Source of the DNA: the human T2T-CHM13v2.0 reference genome, Homo sapiens
Assembly: GCF_009914755.1 (NCBI RefSeq)
Contig: NC_060937.1
DNA: 64,000 nucleotides
Strand: one strand, 5' to 3'
Of the stretch, positions 27,863 through 41,794 are shown piece after piece. Each line of letters begins with the position of its first letter. The stretch's first letter is position 1. A model generated the notes under the pieces. That model ran no database searches and was not told where the DNA came from. It saw only the letters and a program-made list of their open reading frames with translations. Position numbers and translations under genes: made by a program.

Positions 27863-30800
27863 CACTCATGCACACACATGCACTCTTACACTTCTTATAC
27901 ATTTGGAGCAGATTTTGTTGACATTTAGGGGAAAGAGTATATTTATATCATAGCATATCAGATAACACTATTCTTAAAATGTCTTCTTCCACCTAGCTCA
28001 GCCAGTCTTCTTTCTCTTTTCTCACTTCTGCCCTCTTCCTTCTTATGTGCAAAAATAAATTTCATTCTATTTTCTTATGTAGAGCAAATTAGCTCCATCC
28101 ATCCCTTCTACTCATACTTAGCTCTGAACCTTCCTTTGCATATTACAGAAACCCAGAGATGCATTAAATAGCCTCATATGGGGACAAATACATTAAATTC
28201 CTGAGAGTTAGTTCTTTCAGTTTTATAGGCAATAATTACAAGCAATGGTACTAGTTCTTGGAATTATATTCTTTAAAATATTTTTGGATTCGGCAGCAGC
28301 TGAGTTTAATTCTATAGGAAAGCATCCATAATTAGTTCAGACCCAGAGCCTTAATTCTAGAACTGTTACATGTTTATGGTGTTTAGCAGAATAAGGGCAT
28401 CTGACATGTGTTTTTATGGTAGTAGGTTCCTAAAGAAGAAAGTAGAACATGTGCACACTAACCTAAATGAACTGGTCATGGGGAGTAAGGTGGTCAACTA
28501 TAAACAAGCATTTTCAGTGTATTTTTAAGGTTCATAAATAAAAATAAATGTGCAGGACAGAATTTTAGGGACATTAAAATGATTAAAATGAAAAAGTATT
28601 ACAATGCTAAAAGATTTATGAGATGACTATTTTGCATTGACTAGACTAAAAGTTCATTTAAAATATTAATATGTGTATTACAGTGCTGAAAATTCTTAGG
28701 ACATTTAAATGACATGGTTACAGACTCTGTCTTTCCAAGTACTTAACAATTGCATTTCATGGTTCTGATGTCACTTGAGAGGCATATTTTATTGAATCGC
28801 CTGTATCATCTGGCCTATAAATAGAACTCCCCAGAATATCTACAAAGTGGTAATGCATTAAATATAGGGCTTTTCACAGCACTTGCAGGGTAGTAGGCAA
28901 ACTTGTTGATAACCCCACGCTCTGGTTCTATTATTGTATTACCACCGGCTATGCTGCTTCACATCTTAGAGCATACTGTGCTACTTGCTGTCCCAGCAAT
29001 CAATACTGAGTCACATCTGGATGGCTTGAGCAAGCCACCTATGGCGAACCACGCAAGAACCTTTTCTGCTGCCATGTATTTAGGATATGGTTGTGTGTGA
29101 CTTGAGACTGCTTGGGAGCCATTCTGAACATTTTCATAATGACTTCCTCCATAATCAGTCTGGGAGACCGTAGGGTATATGATAGTTCTTAACATGATTT
29201 GCCTTCTTGAACTAGTTCTAAAGAAGACCCATGTTGATCTGAGTCTCATACTTTAGCTAATTAAGTTCAAGGGAAACACCATTTATTTGAGGGAATTATC
29301 TCATTATTTTTTGCTAACCAAACACATTTTGAAATGCATTAAAAAAAGACAAGTGACCACTGCTGAAAGCTGTTCCCAAAGCCATATGCATACCATCTGG
29401 TATTTCTTCCCACGGCCACTGTTTCAGTATTCTGTGGCAGGTCGGAGGGAATCAGGGACACATTTCATACTGCCATGAATAAAAGAGCAGGGAAAGTGAG
29501 GACATACTTTGTTTTCAAGGGGAAGAAAATGATTTTCTTAATATAAAGTTATTGGTAACTTTATAATTGTAGTACTAATGTGCAAAAAAAAAAAAAAAAA
29601 AAATACCCAGAACAGTGCAGACTCATGATTATGGGACTTTGAGAGGAGTGTGGTGAAAATGGGGGTTCCCAGTTGTCTGCTTCTAAATCGGACATCTTTG
29701 GTAAATGAATTATCTGCCACCACCCACCTGCATTCCCAACTTGCATACTCATAGACATATGGGACCCACCAGGCCAGTTCTGTTGATAAGTTATACCTTA
29801 GCTATTAGCAATATTTCCTACTGGTCAGCCCATATACACATGGCCTCTTCCAGTCTCTGTCACATGCTAAACCCTTCATGTAGCCTAAGTCATGCTGCCT
29901 GTATTCATTTTGGTCTCATTTTCAGATCTCTCAATTCCAGCCACTTTTGCTGATAGATGTGCCTCGAAGATCTCCCAGACAACTTTTTCACTTTTTAATT
30001 ATTTTCCACCCAGAGAATGAATGGAGATAGATCTAGTCTCAACCCAAATTTTGTTACTAGAGCTTCAATTCCACTACTTACCCCACTTAGTGGTTGTTTT
30101 CTGGCCCCCCACAATGAGAGCAGTTACCTTAATGACTATCCTTCTCAATGGCATATTCATTTTACAGAGGACAAAACCCCCTGATTTATCTCTTCCTCTC
30201 TTGCCTGTGGATTGATTGTAGGTAGGTAACGTTGCTTTTGTTGTGCCAGGTACTATGAGCGTGTCTCACAGTTCATAGATGCTGCCATTTTATTGGTTAA
30301 TCCACATTCTTCAGGGGCTGGGTTCATTCTCTCTGCTTTTGCTGCTAAATTCACCCATTCTGCAGACAGTGACACTCTTTCTACAGCAACTAAAAAGACT
30401 CTCAGTTCTCTCAGCCAACTTTGGAAAGGTTAGCATCTTACGTTACTTCAAAATTTGTTCTGGTAAGGAACATCTACCAGTTTTTTTAGGGATTAGCTGT
30501 AGGGCTGTTGTATAATACCACTCTGTGTTGTAAGCACATCTACCTCCCTCACCCTGACCTGGTCCTATAGTTGGGGGCATATCTTTCAAGTCCCCCTTAG
30601 TAATTTGAGTACTTTGCCTTGCCAGGCATCCTATCTCTCTCTCCTTCCTTGCAGAAATGTAGCCCCAGTGTCTGCGGATAGACAATCAGTTCCAAAGTAT
30701 CTTCACCGTTTCTAAGAGGGCAATTTTATTTTTTGAAGAATGGCCTGTACTGAGACCCTAATACATATTTGAGGGTATCTATCTGAGTTTGAACTCCTCC

Positions 30801-32132
30801 AGGACTTTTAAACTCAAATTAAAATTGATTTGAGTCTTCTTATATATTAACAGGAAGTACTGTAGCTTCCTTTTGGGATCTTTCCTCTCTTAAAATTTCC
30901 TTGAAACCTGAGAGCTTGCTCACTCCAAATGGGGGTTGAGAGGTCTTAATTTCTGTTATAAGAGAAGAGAGACTGAATTCTCATCAGTTTGCTAATGCTG
31001 TTGCTTGCTTGCTGCTGCCAAGTTGGGTGGCTGTTGACAAAATCATGCTCTCTGCTCCGACAGATGCCGCTAATTCACATCTTCACACTGGCCAAGGGCA
31101 CTCTGCCAATGTTGACTTTTGAGCGAGGACAACTTTAATTTCTCAGAACCACGCTTAGAAAAAGTTGCCCTTCACTTGGCTTCCCAAGGTCATGTTTCTT
31201 GCTGTTTAGCTCATTTAGTCCTTTTTCAGAACCAGATCCACTGTTCCCTGTCTGTTCCTGAAGACATACACCTAGAGGTTGGGTAGCTTTTTGTTGTTGT
31301 TATTAAACACAAAAAAAGATCTGACTATACCCATTTCCCAGACAATTCATCATTTGGAGGGAGGTTACCTTAATGATTCCAGGAACCTCTATAATCATCC
31401 TTCTCAAGGTTTCTCTCAAAGATTTCAAAGTAATACTCTAAGATCTCTCTCAATAAAGCATTTTTTTAAAAAATCACAAGTTAAATTGCCAATAGAGCGT
31501 TTTGCTACACATATATATCTAAATAATGATGATCATTTAGGTTTTAGGAGGTTTTACGGGGTTTAAAGTGGCTCATTATTATATTCATTTTTTACAGCCA
31601 TTCTGTCTGCAAGATCAATGTTATCTTTCTTTGTGACAGTGTGGGTACTTTTGGTTCAGAGTGATATTGAACTCATCTGTTAAAATAAATTAATATTTCC
31701 CTCTTGACCTTAATATATGATCAGGAAAAAGTTGATCTCTCGATGTATGAACTGAACGACATATTCTTACAATAGCAAAATATTAAATGTGTTGTAGTAT
31801 TGCTTTGCCAAAAAGCTATGAAAAAAGGATAAAGTTTTCTCTTTCTTATATTTTTATGGTTATGTCTTTTTAACTTCAAATAACACATGCTGGAGATCAG
31901 AGTAGTGGAAGGTATAGAAGGTTGTGAGAAAAAATGTTATGATTTATTAAAGGAAAATATCAATATTTCACATTTTAAAACAAATATAAGGACTAACTAT
32001 TATGAAAATTTTTGCAGAATGGCTAAGTGAATTACCTTGGATCTCATGCATGGTCATTATTTAAAAGCCATTAGTTCAGAGTCGTGACTCAAACATAATT
32101 CCTTAATCTCTGATCTTGTCTTTCTACTATGT

Positions 32133-32745
32133 CAATGGTTCTTCGTCTTTGTGATGCATCAGAATAACCCCTGGAGCTTGCTACAATTACAGATGCGTAG
32201 AACCACGATGTACCTTTTGGCTGCATAAATGTCTTCTTTTGAGAAGTGTCTGTTCATATCCTTCACCAATGATAGACTGGATTAATAAAATGTGGCACCT
32301 ATACACCATGGAATACTATGCAGCCATAAAAAATGATGAGTTCATATCCTTTGTAGGGACATGGATGAAGCTGGAAACCATCATTCTCAGCAAACTATCG
32401 CAAGGACAAAAAACCAAACACCGCCTGTTCTCACTCATAGGTGGGAATTGAACAACAAGAACAATGGACACAGGAAGGGGAACATCACACACCGGGGCCT
32501 GTTGTGGGGTGGGGGGAGGGGGGAGGGATAGCATTAGGAGATACACCTAACATTAAATGACGAGTTAATGGGTGCAGCACACCAACATGGCACATGTATA
32601 CATATGTAACTAACCTGCACGTTGTGCACATGTACCCTAAAACTTAAAGTATAATTAAAAAAAAAAAAAGAACCACGATGTACCTACTTAATCACAGCCA
32701 CTAAAGGGAGGGTCCAGGAATGTGTACTTTCATTAAGCTCCAATA
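32133..32745. mobile_element. MER5-type hAT-Charlie DNA transposon relic, split by an L1
   Basis: caatggttct..tgcatcagaataacccctggagcttg..cagatgc [L1] ..gggtccaggaatgtgtacttt..aagctcc. Confidence 0.75.
32216..32668 (+). mobile_element. L1PA3-like 3' end with short 5' inversion
   Basis: 3'UTR plus poly(A), 17-bp TSD agaaccacgatgtacct (32199-32215, 32669-32685). 32216-32267 is antisense ORF2. Confidence 0.97.
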
Positions 32746-32771
32746 GAAAATTTGAAACATCCTGTTTCAAA

Positions 32772-32803
32772 ACACACACACACACACATACACACACACA
32801 CAC
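32772..32803. repeat. (AC)n microsatellite, one interruption
   Basis: Dinucleotide run. Confidence 0.95.
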
Positions 32804-34413
32804 GAGGTAAGAGATAAGAAAAAGATAAAATATGCCTTTCAGCACGTCTTCGGTATACATATGCTGGTTCAACCCCATTAGTGTGGGATATTAATAAACA
32901 GGTGATGGAATAAAACTGACTGCTATATTGTTCCTGGTCCTACTTATCTGTGCTTTGGCATCACTAGTATTGTTGGGAGATCTTCCTTTGAATCTCTCCT
33001 TGATACATGCTTAAGGAAATATAGCAATATGAAGAATACTTGGAAATGTTTTTGCCCTTGGGACAAATCTGGCTTCGTGTGCCTAATTACATTGCTCCCA
33101 TCCTCTGCTTTCTCAGTTTTTCACCTTGTTTCTTTCCCTCCTCTGCCTTCCCAGATGCTTTTCCTCTCTTATTCTGTCTTGACATCTTTTTTACTCCTCC
33201 TAACTGATATTATACTCTTCTCTTTTCCAGAATCACTCTGAGGAAGGTTTTGTTTTGTTTTTTACACAGCCCGTTTATAACACCTAGTTCTTTTATCAAA
33301 TGCGTTTAAGAATTTATTGCTGCAGAATTTGTTAACGAAAAGAGAACTCTTCTCTTTCGATACTGGCATAGAGGATGCCATATCATGAGGATTTTTATTT
33401 CTAGGGTCATTGTCGCTTGTAAGAAATATCCCTCTCCTTTTGTTTTTACTTTTGGTTTTTGGCTACTTAGCAGTTTTCTTATTACAAAAATTTTAAAATA
33501 GACTTCATTAAGTGAAAACACCTTTCCTTCATCATTACCCCCTTAGAATTTTAACAGTGCTTTAAACACTGAGAGTTCGTGGTTTTCCATGTTAAGTGGA
33601 AAGAGTTGATGAGGAAAATCACTACGGAGTAAGTGGGGAGATTGTTCTTTTTTTGTTGATGGCTTCTTTTAGTGCTTTCTTCAGTCCTGATCAAGCTAAG
33701 ATTATTAAGAGCTTAATGAAAAGAGCATATTGCCTCTTTATTTAAACAGCCATTTAATGACGACTCTAATATCATTCTAGCCTGGGGCAAGGGGAGTGTA
33801 ATTGATGTGACTTCATAGGGCCACAAATTGTTAGTTGTGTAAACGTGTGGCCAAGACCCAACTCTCAGTATTTTTGAATGCATCCCTTTGCAAACCACTA
33901 ATACTAGATTTGCAAAACTTTACATTGTGAGCAAAACATCATAAAAAAAATACTCATTAATGTTTGGATGTATTCTCCCATATATTGCCCTCGTGAAGAG
34001 CGCAGTAGTTCCTTTCCCTCTTCAGCATAAGGCCCCCACGCAAGACAGGCGTGAGCAGCATGCTCTGGCACTTCCTTGGTTGTAATCACCGCCTCAACCC
34101 CGTGTTAATTGGGCCTTGCAAGGGCAATGGCAGAGGCCCCAGGCCTGTCTTGCTGTTTGGGCCACATTAGAGGAAGCAGGGTGAGAAGTGAGGGCAGTGA
34201 GTTAAGGAGCACTGGCCACAGTAAAGGGCAGGAACTGTGCTCCCATCCCATTCTACCCAACACCTTTTTCATCCCATTCCTAAATGCCCCACCCCTGACT
34301 ACAGTGGCCACATTTTATCCCTGATATTCATTTTATTATTGAATTGGGCATTCTTCTTGGGGATGGAGTGAGGAATGTGGGGAGAGAAGGTCTGAAGTTC
34401 CTAGAAAATATTC

Positions 34414-34921
34414 TGTGGAACTCTGGAAGATTGCTTCCAAGAAGGCCACCATCAATGCCTTCCCGCTTTGTACACTCACGCTGCTTGACCCATCAAGAGG
34501 GACATCTGTATTCCGTCTTCCTGAATGGGCCAGTCTTCTGACTGGCTCTGACCACTAGAATGTGGCAAAAGTGACATTCTAGGTCTTCCTTCCTCTTGGA
34601 AGCCAGCTGCCAAATAAGAGATCTGACTACCTGAGACCACTATGTCTCAGCTTGCCTCATGGAGAGGCCATGTGGAAAGAGATATGCCTGCTCGCACCTT
34701 TCTACACAACTTTTCCAACCATTCCAGGTGGGATGCCAGACATGCCAATGAAGAAGCCATCTCAGACATTCCTACCCAGAAGACACTATGTGGAGGAGAA
34801 AATGCACAGCTTAGCTGAGCTCAGCACAGACTGCAGAATCACAAGGGGAACACGTTGCTATTTTTTTTTAAGCCATTAAGCTTTAGGGTGACTTATTACA
34901 CAGCAACAGACTATTGAAATA
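34414..34921 (+). mobile_element. MaLR LTR (MLT1G/H-like)
   Basis: tgaccactagaatgtggcaaaagtgac, ctgactacctgagaccac, ttttaagccattaagctttagggtgacttattacacagcaa end. Confidence 0.85.
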
Positions 34922-35559
34922 GGGACTGATACCTGTGATAGTTTGAATAAACTTAGGTCTGTAGAGGTCCTTGTCAGTGGGGATGGAAAGAAAGCCAGGA
35001 CCAGACATAACCATCATTTAGAAGACTAACACACATATAGGGATACCTCATGGGGGTTGTGTGCTGCCCCGGTGGTGGTGCTTAAGGGTGCATAATTTGG
35101 ACTTAACCTTGTCTGGTGGGAATACCCAAGCTGGTCTGATATAGCAGGTGGGACAAGACAGCAAGGAGTAGCCATCACTAGTCCAGGACAGGTGACAGGG
35201 TGGCAAGGGTTATTTTGGGCACCGGGGGAAGATCTCTAGTCGAAATGAAAACATGGAGAATGAATCTGGGAAACACATCAGAGGACAGGAAAAGGGAGCC
35301 AGTGGTAGATATATGTGTGCTCTCAGCCCATCCATGGATCAATCTCAGGCCTCGCCGTCTAGTGGGTATAGGACTGCTAATGTTACTACCTGCATTGGTG
35401 AATTCTGACCCATGAACTTAAAAGGTTGGTCCTGCAGACTCATGATCACCCCGAGGAATGTGAGGTACAAATAGTGAGGTATTCCAGATTGTTGCATAGT
35501 TATTACTATCTTTCAGTCACTCCCTGAGACCCATCTAATCAATGACTTATTAGTTTAAA

Positions 35560-36910
35560 GTACTTCCTATGTATATGCCAAATCAATCCATTTTTATGTA
35601 CCCTCACAATAACCTCACCTTAGTCTAAGCAGCCACCTTTCATGGAGTAGACAGATGCAGCAGCCTTCTAATTCCTCCCCCAGCCCCTTTGCTCAGACAT
35701 CTCTAATTCATTCACCACAAGGCCCTCAAAGTGATCCTTTGAAAATAAAATCTGATTGTATCAGTCATGTTCTGCTTCTGCCCCTCTGATGGTTTCCCAT
35801 TGCCCCTAGGTTAATATTGTAAAATTCTGAGTGAGGCTTCAGAACTGGTTAAAATCTGTCCCCTGCATACTTCTCCAGCCCTATATCATGTTGCTTCCTC
35901 TAATGACTTTAGGCTCAGACTTCCTGACCTTCTTAAAATGCCTAGAATATACCATGCTGTCACTATATGGAAAACTTCCCCTTTGTCCTCTGAAGGTTTA
36001 GTAAAAATCAAGGGACAGAAAGCAGATTAATAGGAGAAAAGATGTACAAATTCACCAACATACATGGGAGAGAATCACAGAGTGATTGCCCCACCATGCA
36101 ATGGAATACAGATGGTTATATACCCTTCTTCTTAGGGGAAAGGAAGATGAGGGAAGTCTGGATGCTTTTACAGGGGTAGAAAATGATTTTGGGGGGATTT
36201 CAGTGGGCTTGAAGAACACACAGTGTCCTCGGACAAGGTCTGTTGGGCCCACAGAACAGACAATGGTTTGTGACAACAGAGTTTGTCTTTCTTCCTGCAA
36301 TTTGAGTTCATTTAATGGTAACCCAGGGAAGAGACCAGAGGCAATTGTTTTCTTCTTTGGTGAGCCCAAACTTTAGGCAGTTAAGGGAACTTCAGAAAAC
36401 AACTTCATCCTCTGCTTTGGAGAGACAGAGGATTGAGAGACAGGAGGTGGAGCAGGGGGAGGTCAGAAAGACCTTGAGGCTTCTTCTTCCATAAAGCGTG
36501 TCAAGGCACCATCTTTTCGGGTATCAGTTTCTGAGTCCCAGCAGCACTCACCTCTGGGCCTCTTTAGGATGGCTCCTTGTCTTTTAAATCCCAGTTTAAA
36601 TGTCTCCTCCTGATTGAAGCCTTCCTTTTCTACCCATAGTGACCACTCAGCTCTTATTACATCACCTGATTTCAATTTCCTGTATAGAATTTCTCACTAA
36701 TGATATTTTTCTTATGAGTTCATTGTTAATTTTATTCCCAGAAGATCTAGACAGGTTAGTTCCTGTGACATGTCTTCCCCTAGACAGGTACAGTCACCCT
36801 TTGTAATGTCACTGTTCTTTTAGTTACTTATTCAACTTGTATCCTTTGTAATAAAATGTGAAATTCAAAAGGGCAGTGAACACACCTTCTTGTTCAGCCA
36901 GTGTCCCCGT
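35560..36910 (+). mobile_element. L2 3' region, interrupted by an ERV1 LTR
   Basis: cagcagccttctaa..gtgatcctttgaaaataaaatctgat..tttcccattgccc on the left, and aaatgtctcctcc..gaagccttcc after the LTR. Confidence 0.75.
35964..36543 (-). mobile_element. ERV1 solo LTR (MER39/MER34 group)
   Basis: Reverse strand starts tgctgggactcagaaactgatacccgaaa, typical of MER34/39-group LTRs. Contains gcagattaataggagaaaag. Confidence 0.8.
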
Positions 36911-37108
36911 TCTTATTTGGTTTGTTTGGTTTGAGCTGAATTAAATCTTTTCCCTGTCATACTTCTCCTACCTTGTTATTGGGAATATTGAGTTGCACTA
37001 AGAAAAGACTGAGTCATCCAGGTACAACAGAATATGTTAAATAAGATTTCTCATCTTTCAGATTCTTATGAATTTTCTATCATTCAGGTCAGTATGCAAC
37101 ATTCGTGA

Positions 37109-38690
<1,582 letters not shown>

Positions 38691-39494
38691 GGATAAACTG
38701 CTTTTGACCTACTAGAAGCCCTAGGACATAACTGAGCCATGGACCTCCAGTGATAGTCACTCTCTTCTGCTTAGGATGAGCCATCACAACATATCGACAA
38801 GTCTGCCTCCCATCCTGGGAATGGTGTAAAAACCCACATTTAATAAATTATCACTCTGTGACATGTATTTTCTAGAGAGAGATTTTATTCATAGATGTAA
38901 CGATACTGCCCCAGATCAATATGAAATCAATTAAAATGTAATGCTCTAATAATATTAGAGCTATAAAACTAACTGTAGTTGGCTTGCAAAGAGTAAGTGT
39001 GTGGCCATATTATTGAAGTGCTTTCACTAATTGTAGACATCCTAAGCTGTGAGACAGATTACAATTTATAATGCAGTTTGGCAATCTCAAGCTCTCTCTC
39101 TCTCTTTTGTAGAGTGAAAGTTTGGGTGGAAGGAATTGCAAGAGGAGATGGGTAGGATTAGAAAAAAATATATAGCCCACCTATCTACTGACTATAAAAT
39201 GCCTTTTGGTGGAGGTGAGAGGCTAAAAGAGGAAGAGAGAAAGATCTTACAACCCACATCTATCAAGCTGCTGATGTGTCTGGCTGATGAGATTAGTCAT
39301 TAGTGTGTTGTGCCTATGCTGCTGTTTGGAACCTAATGGTCTGTTTGCTCGACAGAAGGGGTGTCAATTCTTGGAGCACCCATAGCACATAAAATTGGGT
39401 TCTAAATAAAGGAAAGTGGAGCAAAATGTACTGAGTGCCCACTACTGTAATATACTTTTTCATGTTCAACTTCATTACATCCTCTGAGCAGATG

Positions 39495-39712
39495 CTGTGC
39501 TTAAGAGAATGAATCCTGGAGCCAAGCTCCCTGTGTTCAAATTCTGGCTCATGCCAAGTGTGAGTTGCTGTCCTTGGGCAAGTTATGTAGCTGTGCTGTG
39601 TCCTGCGCCCTCACCTGTAAATGGAGATAATAGTAACCTACTTCATAGGGCAGTTGTGAGGATCCATCAGTAAAAAACATTTAGAACAGAGCCGGGCCCT
39701 TAGCAACTGCTC
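39495..39712 (+). mobile_element. MIR
   Basis: ttcaaattctggctc..ccttgggcaagtta..ctgtaaatggagataatagtaacctacttcataggg. Confidence 0.9.
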
Positions 39713-41399
39713 CAGGAACAAATATTTGAACAAAGTTCTGCCACAGAGCCTGGGTTCCTTTCTTCTACCCTGAATGCTGCCTTTTCCCAAAATGAGACCA
39801 ATATGTTGCATGTGAGCTATTGATCTTCTAATTTACCTATTACATTCTGATATGCTAAAAATTCCTGATGAATGTAGGAACTGGAAGTCCTATAAAACAT
39901 CAAATGAATCCAGTTAAATTTGTTGGTTGTTTAGGGCTTTAGCAAACTTGTAAACTTGTCCTTTGACATATACATACCACAAAACTTTTGTTAGCTAGCA
40001 TACAATTGTAATGCTGAATGAAGAAAATTTCAAAAACAATGAGTCTTAATTCATGTTGCTCCTCCACTCTGACTTTTATTCTATCAGTTTCTTCTCTCTT
40101 TAGACCTATAGCCAAACATATGGGCCATAAATTGTATCTTTGTTAAGGCCTTGTATGACAGGTAGATCTAACTTTCCACCTTTAAGAAAAGATGGCATAA
40201 TAACTAACAATGTTCTAGTGACCTGCAGGTACCCTAACCTTACTGTGTAGGTGGCACTGTTCAGTTGTCTTACTGTTCCTGACCAGATTGGAGATTTATC
40301 TTGGGTGATATCTGAAATGCCAGTTTCTGATATCTGGTAGTTTCATGGTCTGGACACCTAGCAGGCAATCAGTAAGTATTAATTGACGGATTTGATTTCT
40401 ACAGCTTTCTGGTTAGTAAAGCACCAGCATGTTGCTACCCTGTGCCTGTGTCTATAAGTCTCTTCACGGGCTTTTTTTTTTTTTTTTCATCTGGCAGTTT
40501 TGAACACTTTAAATGGGAACAGATCACAAGTTCTGATATGGAGAGGGAAATGGGTCAAAGTACTCCTGTCATGTTCTCACAAGTGAGCTTTTCTGCTACA
40601 GTTATTTAAAGAATGTATTTATTATCAAGCAGGGACAAAGCAGACACACAACCTCTGTGTAAATTTGATGAAGTCCCAGTCTCTTAGATGCTATAATCAT
40701 GGCCTTTCAAGGAAGATTCACTGGAGTCAGATATACAATATCCCGAAGTAAGAATTCCGTACAAGTTTATGTAGGTGGCTGTATGCAACTGGTGGTCTTC
40801 TAATGCCCATGTCTGGGACGGGAACATGCACCATCTCTCATGTGCAGGTAGGTTATAGGCATCAGTAGTTTTTATACTTTGTTTATTCAAGGGTGTGAGT
40901 GTAACTTACCTATCTAAAATATTTTAGCCAAGCCATATATCTTGAATACCAATGAGAACCCAATTCCAACATCCTTAGTGTGGAAGAACAAACCATGATT
41001 TGACCAAGAAAAACCTAATAGAATCTTCTCTATAGGGTGGTCACACTGGTGTGCGCTTCCATCTGTCAAGTGGGAATTCCTGATCAGGTCAATTAACTAC
41101 AACTGGAGTGTAACTTCAATAAATCATACACAGCAGATTCACTGTCTATGCTCACTAAAAAGAGTTTTTCTTCTTAAATGAAAATTTAGTGAGCTTCATT
41201 TTGTGCATATGTGGTTTTTTTTTGTGTGTTAAGATCTGAACCCCTCCTGTATTATTGCTTGTTTTCTAAGTGCATAAACTAAATGAAATAGAGATAATTT
41301 GGGAAACAGCAGCTTCTCCTATTCCTCCTCCTTCTCCTTCCTCTTCTTTTTTTGTTACATGCACACCAAACCCTCCTAGAATGTTCACAACAGAGTAAA

Positions 41400-41790
41400 T
41401 CAACATCTGTTGAGAACTACCCATTGGTGAGCAACTGCCATGTGAGGCCTAGGTCAGGGCAGTGTCTGTACTGGCCTGGTGTTTAGCTATGAAGATAACA
41501 TGAATTCACAGAAAACAATTAGCAACACACTAGAGTATTTCATTAACAAGGAAAGGATAGGAGAGTGTAAATGATACAGAAGACATCAGGGGAAGGTCAT
41601 CATGACATGACATATTCCTGGAACAGCTCTTGGAGGCAGTGGGCCTAGTAGGAAGAGTGGGATTTATTACTGGAGGAACACTGGAAGGTATTCCAGCCTA
41701 GTGGGATAGGGGTTCTTATGGGGGAGAATGAGCATGTTGTCTTCCAGAACATCAAAGAAACTGGCCTGACAGGGGTGGAGGGAGTTTGGA
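41400..41790 (-). mobile_element. L2 fragment, decayed
   Basis: ttgagcaact-like start, tattccagc.., gagcatgttgtcttccagaacatcaaagaaactggcctgac. Confidence 0.55.
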
Positions 41791-41794
41791 CTAA

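Noticed and set aside
28959-29249. 96-aa minus-strand ORF (MRLRSTWVFF..) in unique sequence
   Set aside because: No recognisable homology or domain. An ORF of this length is expected by chance in 64 kb, and it opposes the inferred host strand.
34930-35435. GC-richer segment that might be an old LTR
   Set aside because: I could not assign a family or termini from the sequence alone.
40680-40853. Possible exon between ctcttag and cag|gtaggt
   Set aside because: Weak pyrimidine tract and stops in all three frames.
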